NCBI GenBank assembly: GCA_965204375.1
Contig: OZ241986.1
Span: 320,001 to 384,000, forward strand
From: Candidatus Latescibacterota bacterium
Lineage (GTDB): Bacteria; Latescibacterota; UBA2968
Length of the DNA stretch: 64,000 bases
Direction: 5' to 3'
Below, piece after piece: positions 57,910 to 64,000 of this stretch (positions are counted from its first letter, which is position 1; the number at the start of each line of letters is the position of its first letter). Below the pieces are notes generated by a model. The model was not told the origin of the DNA, searched no databases, and saw nothing but the letters and a program-made list of their open reading frames with translations. The position numbers and the translations under genes were made by a program.

Positions 57910-58599
57910 TTAATCCTGCACATCCTGATCCACTTTGCCACCTTGCAGGTGGATGATGCGCTGCGTGCGTGCGGCGATATCGTGATCGTGCGTGACGAGG
58001 ATGAGGGTTGTGCCCGCTTCGCGGTTGAGGTCAAAGAGCAGATTGGCGATGGTATGACTGCTGTCGGCGTCGAGGTTGCCCGTAGGCTCGTCGGCAAATA
58101 AGATGCGCGGTTGGTTGATAAAGGCGCGTGCAATGCCCACGCGCTGTTGTTCGCCACCCGAAAGCTGAGCGGGATAATGCGTCAAGCGGTCGCCCAATCC
58201 CACGCGGTCGAGCAATTCTCTCGCTTCGCCAAACACACCGTTTTTACCGCGTAGTTCGAGGGGAACCGCGACATTTTCAATGGCGGTGAGGGTGGGGATG
58301 AGTTGAAAGCTCTGAAAGACAAAGCCCACGTATTCATTTCGCACGGCTGCGCGTTGGTCTTCGTCGAGGCTGTCGAAGGCCATGCTGTGAAGGGTGACAG
58401 TGCCCGATGTTGGGCGATCAAGGCCGGCACATAATCCGAGTAGCGTGGTTTTTCCACTGCCCGAGGGTCCTACTATCGCACAGGTTTGGCCTTTGGGTAT
58501 GGTGAACGTGACGTTGTCTAAAACGGTGAGCGAATGTCCCCCGCTCGTGTAGGTGCGGGTGAGGTTTTGAACTGCGAGTGCTGTGTTTGAATGGCTCAA
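57910..58599 (-). CDS. ybbA: ABC ATP-binding protein YbbA-like
   Basis: [26 protein letters not shown]. Confidence 0.85.
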   Translation of the reverse strand: MSHSNTALAVQNLTRTYTSGGHSLTVLDNVTFTIPKGQTCAIVGPSGSGKTTLLGLCAGLDRPTSGTVTLHSMAFDSLDEDQRAAVRNEYVGFVFQSFQLIPTLTAIENVAVPLELRGKNGVFGEARELLDRVGLGDRLTHYPAQLSGGEQQRVGIARAFINQPRILFADEPTGNLDADSSHTIANLLFDLNREAGTTLILVTHDHDIAARTQRIIHLQGGKVDQDVQD

Positions 58600-58698
58600 C
58601 TGATTACCCCTTGCGTCTCTGGTTGTAATTCTTACCTTTGTGAGACTTCAAAACATAACATAGAGTTCCATTATGTGCAAAAAATGAGTGGAGGAGAC

Positions 58699-59883
58699 AT
58701 GCAAGCTGAGATTGTGATGATTGGAACGGAACTGTTGCTGGGTGAAATTGTAGATACCAATGCCACGATGTTTGCCAAAGCACTGCGCGATATTGGAATG
58801 GATTTGTTGTATAAAACGACTGTGGGGGACAACGAAAGTCGGATTGCCGACGTTTTGGATATCGCACTGGATCGATCAGATGTGATTCTGACATCGGGCG
58901 GTATTGGTCCTACGGTGGATGATATGACGCGGCAATGTGTGGCGCGTGCAACGGGGCGCAAGCTCGTTTACAGTAAGGTATTGGAAGATCAGATTGCGTC
59001 GCGGTTTCGCAATTTTGGTCGTGAGATGGCAGATAATAACAAACGACAGGCGTATATTCCCGAAGGCGCGATACCATTGGAAAATCCCATGGGCACAGCG
59101 CCCTGTTTTTTGAGTGAAGATGCCAAGGGGCGCGGCTGTGTGATTTCGCTTCCGGGTGTGCCGAGAGAATTGGATTATATGTTGCACAAGGTCGTGATCC
59201 CGATTTTGATCGACCGCATGGGCGGGAGCAAAATTACAAAGGTACGCGTGTTGCGGACTTGTGCGGTGGGCGAGAGCAATATTGATCGCACAATTGGGGA
59301 TTTGATGACTGAGAGCAATCCAACGGTGGGATTGGCGGCGCATGCCGGGCAGACGGATGTGCGCGTGGCGGCGAAAGCGGATACGGAGGAAGAAGCCGAT
59401 GCGTTGATTGCACCGATGGAAGCGGAGCTCAGGAAGCGGCTGGGGGTTGCGATTTACGGTACGGGAAAAGAGACTGTGGCTGAGGTTGTGGGCGGTTTGT
59501 TGAGGGAAAACGGGCTGACAATCGGAGTGGTGGATACATTGACAGACGGTCAGATCGTGCGGGAGTTCGAGGAGAATGGCGCGGGTGATGTGGTGGTCGC
59601 GCAAAGGGATGCTAATATGGATGGAAAGGATGATCCTCGTGCTTTGACTGAATCGATGGCCCGGGCGGTTGCGCCCGAAGATGGCGTGGGGCTGGCAATG
59701 GTTGGCCCTTATAATGATGGCGCGACGTTTATGGCTGTCTATGGATCTGATCCACGGTCACGAACATGTATTGAGAGTCGCCGCTTTCAGGATTCAGATC
59801 ACATCCGCCGATGGTTGGTGATTCAGGGTTTGGATCTGGTCCGCCGGGCGGTGTTGGGCAAGTTGGCCTCGCCAGCAGATTGA
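58699..59883 (+). CDS. cinA: CinA-like protein (MoCF-binding/ADP-ribose pyrophosphatase domain, degenerate C-domain)
   Basis: IGTELLLGEIVDTNA, SGGIGPTVDDMT, LPGVPREL; GGAGGAG RBS. Confidence 0.85.
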   Translation: MQAEIVMIGTELLLGEIVDTNATMFAKALRDIGMDLLYKTTVGDNESRIADVLDIALDRSDVILTSGGIGPTVDDMTRQCVARATGRKLVYSKVLEDQIASRFRNFGREMADNNKRQAYIPEGAIPLENPMGTAPCFLSEDAKGRGCVISLPGVPRELDYMLHKVVIPILIDRMGGSKITKVRVLRTCAVGESNIDRTIGDLMTESNPTVGLAAHAGQTDVRVAAKADTEEEADALIAPMEAELRKRLGVAIYGTGKETVAEVVGGLLRENGLTIGVVDTLTDGQIVREFEENGAGDVVVAQRDANMDGKDDPRALTESMARAVAPEDGVGLAMVGPYNDGATFMAVYGSDPRSRTCIESRRFQDSDHIRRWLVIQGLDLVRRAVLGKLASPAD

Positions 59884-59884
59884 A

Positions 59885-60775
59885 TTAAATGAAAGAGCCT
59901 CGTTTAAGAGCAGCCTGTGGATCATACCACACTGCTTTTACAAAATTCTGTATTTCTCGCACGAATTTCCAAACTATTTTGGCATCTATTGGAAATTGTT
60001 CATGCTGGCGTTTTACTTCGTAATAATTTCCTCTTTTTCCATAAGGAAGTCTCTTTGTTTTTCGCAGCAAAAAAACATTATCAATCTCGGTTAGTCTGCA
60101 ATCTTCAGGCTCCATATCTAAGTATTCCACCAAAGCGTAATATTTCGCAATAGGGCACCCTTGTTTCAATCGGGCGGCTGTACCTGCACATTCTTGAAAC
60201 ATGGTTTTATCATAATTCACTTTGATTTCTGCCGCAAGCACGGCCAAACAAAAACTGCCAGAAGTCGTGTTTTCTACCTCAAAACTTGCACTTGGCGAAA
60301 ATCTATAATGAATTGTTTTGCCAAGTGCGAAATCTTGATCTTTATGCTTTATAACCACTTGGGGCTTTCCCCCCAAATCATTTATACTTGGTGGAACAAA
60401 AGATAGAGATAGAAATGCTGTATGCGGTCCCACTTCTAAATCATACAAAGGCAATCCGTGTAGAATTGAAGGATCTATGACATGGATGAAAAATTCTTCC
60501 AGCACTGAATTATCGAGTTTTAGTTGTCCTTTTTGTCTCTTTATAAATTCAGATCCATGTCCAGTAATCAATTCGACTTCAAGATAATTTTTGTAGTCGT
60601 TTAAAAGGCTAACCATTTCCTCAATTTTCTGTTTACCAGTTGAATTTAAGGTTCCCATACTTGAAATCCAATGCTCGTAAGCTCCATAAGCCTCTTTCAA
60701 TATTGATTTGTCATCAATACATTTTGGATTTCTCAATGCCGCCAACAATTTTTCTCTATGGGGTGTTTTTGCCAT
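59885..60775 (-). CDS. Bpu10I-family type II restriction endonuclease
   Basis: TPHREKL, RQKGQLKLDNSVLEEF, KDQDF, EIKVNYDKTMFQE. Confidence 0.85.
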   Translation of the reverse strand: MAKTPHREKLLAALRNPKCIDDKSILKEAYGAYEHWISSMGTLNSTGKQKIEEMVSLLNDYKNYLEVELITGHGSEFIKRQKGQLKLDNSVLEEFFIHVIDPSILHGLPLYDLEVGPHTAFLSLSFVPPSINDLGGKPQVVIKHKDQDFALGKTIHYRFSPSASFEVENTTSGSFCLAVLAAEIKVNYDKTMFQECAGTAARLKQGCPIAKYYALVEYLDMEPEDCRLTEIDNVFLLRKTKRLPYGKRGNYYEVKRQHEQFPIDAKIVWKFVREIQNFVKAVWYDPQAALKRGSFI

Positions 60776-61988
60776 TTTGAAAAACTTCCTTTGGAAAAAA
60801 TAAAGGAGATGGAAGAACACTGTAAATGTCAGAAATGACATCTTGAATTTCGGGTTTTATTCCGTCTTCAGCTTGTGAAATAGACGCTTTTAGATGCTTA
60901 CGTGCTATCTCTCTCGCTTCAATTTCTTCGGGCGGATTTCGATCTTTTTTGGCAACAATAATATCCTCTTTAATTTTAGCACCAAATCTATTGATAAAAT
61001 GTCTTTCGTAAGTTGCAATATCACAGAAGCCACCTGCTTTCAACATAAGGTCCTTTATGATTAAACCATTGTAAAATGGCACACGTCGTACACGAGATTC
61101 GCGTCCTACGACTAATACGATTATTCCATTTTTTTCTAATGTGTGCCAAAAACTCTGAAGGCTTCGATTCATTTCTAGGCAATATTGTACGACGGTTCTA
61201 AATCGATTGCTTCGATTCTTCCTATTGGAACCAATTTCACTGTGTGCAACTTTTAAGAGATCCCAACCGAGGGTTTCCATCACAGCCCTGTGATTCTGGT
61301 GATAGTTAAATACGTTGATATAAGGCGGGCTGGTTAAAATCAAATTGGCTTTAGATAGTGAATTTTTAGATAAGTATCTTGCATCCCCTAAAAATGCCCG
61401 TATAGGTGCGTCTGTAAATGGTAGACTCAGTGTCGCCTGCTTAATAAAGTTAAAAGACGACATAATGGCCGAATTTAAGTCCTTGTGTTTTCTATTTTCA
61501 GCAGAAAAAATGACATTTAAGGCAATTACCATTTCATCCTTATTTGAGGTCGAAGAGATCAACTCTTTTGAAAAGTCAATCAAATTAGCAAAGCGGATTC
61601 TATATTCGCGACTACAATTTTTGAAAAGTGGCAGACCTCCAAAAGTGTGAAGTAGATCGTGAATTTTCTTCTGTAAGTCACTGATTATCACTTCGCGGTC
61701 TTTGATACATTTATTTGACAAAGAGAAAAATTTTGACATTGCATAAGCTGCTGGATTGATTTCATAGCCATATCCGCTTAGGCCCTTGCGTGCGCAGGCT
61801 TGAAGTACCGTTCCACTACCCGAAAAAGGATCAATTACGGTGAATCCCTTTCTTGAGAATCTATCTATAATATAATCAACAAATTGAGGCGTAAATTGTC
61901 CACGCCAAGTAAATAAATTCGCCCGTTGTTTTTCTTTTACATTCAGTTTATCTTGTTCTAAAATAATTTTACTTTTTGTATTTCCCAT
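60756..61988 (-). CDS. DNA methyltransferase (amino-MTase, probably N4-cytosine)
   Basis: WRGQF, DPFSGSGT, then TSPPY; overlaps the REase start; AT-rich. Confidence 0.88.
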   Translation of the reverse strand: MGNTKSKIILEQDKLNVKEKQRANLFTWRGQFTPQFVDYIIDRFSRKGFTVIDPFSGSGTVLQACARKGLSGYGYEINPAAYAMSKFFSLSNKCIKDREVIISDLQKKIHDLLHTFGGLPLFKNCSREYRIRFANLIDFSKELISSTSNKDEMVIALNVIFSAENRKHKDLNSAIMSSFNFIKQATLSLPFTDAPIRAFLGDARYLSKNSLSKANLILTSPPYINVFNYHQNHRAVMETLGWDLLKVAHSEIGSNRKNRSNRFRTVVQYCLEMNRSLQSFWHTLEKNGIIVLVVGRESRVRRVPFYNGLIIKDLMLKAGGFCDIATYERHFINRFGAKIKEDIIVAKKDRNPPEEIEAREIARKHLKASISQAEDGIKPEIQDVISDIYSVLPSPLFFPKEVFQNGKNTP

Positions 61989-62099
61989 CTTCTTCTCCTA
62001 TGCTTTGCGTAGTATATGGAAATCACGAACAAATATAGTATCCATTTGTTTACCGAGCAAGGGAGAATTTGTTCCTAAATATATTTCTTGGTGCGCCTT

Positions 62100-62696
62100 A
62101 TGGTGAATGATATTAGAGACCTTGCGATAAAGTTCTTTTCTGAGCAATTCCAAGATGCTCAGACTGTGGAAAACGAACGAGGTCTGCAACTTGAATTAGG
62201 CCTGATGTTCCGCTCACGCGGCTTTGATGTTCGTTTTGAAGTGTCCTGCGCCTTACCAAGCCACGTTCAACAGACAAAACGACAAAAACGAAACATTGAC
62301 CTTCTTGTAACGGATGGGACTATGCATCTGGCCATTGAGCTAAAGGTTCCGCTCTCGGGTCGAGTTCCAGAGACAATGTACGATTTCTTCGCGGATGTAG
62401 CCTTTGTCGAGGCGGTAGTTGATTCTGGTATGGCGGACGAAGGTCTCTGCATCTTGCTCACTAGTGATCAGCATTTTTGGTCGGGCAGAGAGACTGACGG
62501 TATCTATAGTCCATTGCGCGTGCCAGGATGTCCGCTCCAGGGAGAATATGAGAAGCCGACTGGCGAACTCAAAACAACCGTCTTTGTCTCCCGGGAATAC
62601 TACCTTTCATGGTTTAACTTAGGCAATCGCCACTTGCTTTCCGACACCGGGAAGTTTGTCGTGGTGGAGGTCGAGAACGATATATCTAATATCTGA
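62100..62696 (+). CDS. Hypothetical PD-(D/E)XK-fold protein
   Basis: NERGLQLELG, VRFE, IDLLV...AIELK. Confidence 0.65.
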   Translation: MVNDIRDLAIKFFSEQFQDAQTVENERGLQLELGLMFRSRGFDVRFEVSCALPSHVQQTKRQKRNIDLLVTDGTMHLAIELKVPLSGRVPETMYDFFADVAFVEAVVDSGMADEGLCILLTSDQHFWSGRETDGIYSPLRVPGCPLQGEYEKPTGELKTTVFVSREYYLSWFNLGNRHLLSDTGKFVVVEVENDISNI

Positions 62697-62780
62697 CAAA
62701 GAGAGCAAAATAGCGGCTCTTAGTAGGACCTTGTTTAATCAATTGAGTAAGAAAAAACGATAATATGTAGGAGGGCTGTA

Positions 62781-63824
62781 GTGCAAAACGATGTGTCTTT
62801 ATCTTATTCGAAAAGTGGCGTCAATATTGATGAAACTGATGCTGTTAAACGAGATATGGCTTCAAATATTGGGCGCGGCGATTCGAGAGTGCTCAATAAA
62901 TTGGGGGCTTTTGGAAGTCTGGTCGATGGTCGTTTTGAGGGGTATGAGCATCCCATTCTCGTGCTAAAAACCGAGGAGCCTGGTTCAAAGCAAAAGTTGG
63001 CATTTGAACACGGAAGCGTCACGTCTATTGCCTATGATCTGGTCAATCATTTGATCAATGATATTATCGTTATGGGCGCTGATCCTTTTTATGTGCAAGA
63101 TTGTATCGTTTGCGGGAAACTCGATCCTCCTGTTGTCAAAGCACTTGTCGGTGGGATTGCCGATGCTTGCGAGGCACAGGGATGTACACTGACTGGTGGA
63201 GAAACTTCTGTTCAGCCAGGGGTTGTCGAAGATGGGGTGTATATTTTAAGTGCTTCGGCTATTGGGGTTGTCGATAGGAACAATATTATTGATGGCTCTG
63301 AGATAGAGGCGGGGGACGCGATTCTCGCGCTTGCATCTAATGGACTGCATACCAATGGCTATACGCTTGTCAGGGCATTGTTGAAGAATAAGCCTGAGTT
63401 GAAAGATCGGGATATTCAGGGGGTGTCCTTTCTCGATGTGATTTTGCGTCCACACCAGTGTTATTATCGACCTCTGAAGGATCTGTTTGAGGACGAGGGA
63501 TTGAAAGGGATGGCGCATATTACCGGTGGCGGTATTCAGGATAATTTATCCCGCATTCTTCCCGAGGGATGTCAGGCTGTGATTGATCTTTCATCACTTC
63601 AAGTTCTCCCTATCTTCGAAACGATTCGCGCAGAGGGTCTGGTTCCAGAAGACGATATGCTGAGAACTTTTAATATGGGTGTGGGGATGACGCTTGTGTG
63701 CGCCCAAAATTCTGCGGCGAGGATCAACGCACATCTGCAAAGTGCGGGATGCCAGGCGTATCCAATTGGGCGTATTGCCAAAGGGGAGAAAGGCGTTGCG
63801 TTCACTGGAAAAATCAGGTGGTGA
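62781..63824 (+). CDS. purM: Phosphoribosylformylglycinamidine cyclo-ligase
   Basis: SYSKSGVNI, GGET, SNGLHTNGY, AHITGGG, RTFNMGVG. Confidence 0.95.
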   Translation: MQNDVSLSYSKSGVNIDETDAVKRDMASNIGRGDSRVLNKLGAFGSLVDGRFEGYEHPILVLKTEEPGSKQKLAFEHGSVTSIAYDLVNHLINDIIVMGADPFYVQDCIVCGKLDPPVVKALVGGIADACEAQGCTLTGGETSVQPGVVEDGVYILSASAIGVVDRNNIIDGSEIEAGDAILALASNGLHTNGYTLVRALLKNKPELKDRDIQGVSFLDVILRPHQCYYRPLKDLFEDEGLKGMAHITGGGIQDNLSRILPEGCQAVIDLSSLQVLPIFETIRAEGLVPEDDMLRTFNMGVGMTLVCAQNSAARINAHLQSAGCQAYPIGRIAKGEKGVAFTGKIRW

Positions 63825-63864
63825 GAGGATGAGATAGTGGAATAATTGAGAAAGGATATAAATC

Positions 63865-64000
63865 ATGGACACACCATATCGCACCATCGACGTGAAACCT
63901 CTATCTGGAGCACTCGGCGCTGAAATTGAAGGCGTTGACATTGCGTCGGAGACCGGTGAGGAACAATTCGCTGAAATCTATCGGGCCTTTGCAGATTACA
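63865..64000 (+). CDS. TauD/TfdA-family dioxygenase (3'-truncated by window edge)
   Basis: IDVKPLSGALGAEIEGVD N-terminal signature; AAAGGA RBS. Confidence 0.75.
   Translation, partial: MDTPYRTIDVKPLSGALGAEIEGVDIASETGEEQFAEIYRAFADY

Noticed and set aside
57857-57920. ATCCT-type short repeats between ybbP and ybbA
   Set aside because: Too short and degenerate to assign to an element.
1-64000. Complete DGR in the window
   Set aside because: No reverse transcriptase, intact avd or AAC-rich template repeat was seen; only a candidate target region.

Overview
Bacterial window. The NHL/FG-GAP/dockerin-like surface protein and gene content suggest a Latescibacterota/Gemmatimonadota-like organism, possibly host-associated (inference only). 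(1) 1-8.9 kb is a phospho-signalling locus: a MotA/TolQ-like gene, an FHA protein, a membrane PP2C and four paralogous Ser/Thr kinases. The kinase domains are near-identical and mosaic, but the C-terminal modules differ (DUF4328-like TM; Fis-like HTH + captured small TM gene; TM + FGE/C-type-lectin; HTH + TM). The lectin tip looks like an adenine-mutagenised DGR variable region, although no RT or TR is in the window. (2) 2.9-14.2 kb holds several TA remnants (collapsed hicB/hicA, higA with a higB scar, orphan yefM), an intact HipA-like kinase + HipS-like pair, and an AAA-nuclease. (3) A circularly permuted ATP-grasp/alpha-E/transglutaminase operon and a Rieske-helical protein follow. (4) A core block contains moxR-DUF58-ABC, a DAC, frameshifted kptA, radA, dnaB, udg, coaBC, rpoZ, gmk, yicC, lepA, lepB, hemW, thrB, polysaccharide export genes, a core MetE, tsaC, recD2, tesA/ybbAP and cinA. 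(5) An AT-rich Bpu10I-family R-M islet precedes purM. Intergenic DNA carries a nested octamer/hairpin repeat family, heptamer repeats (one set around an internally deleted four-helix-bundle gene) and an attenuator-like leader. No rRNA, tRNA, CRISPR array or transposase was recognised.
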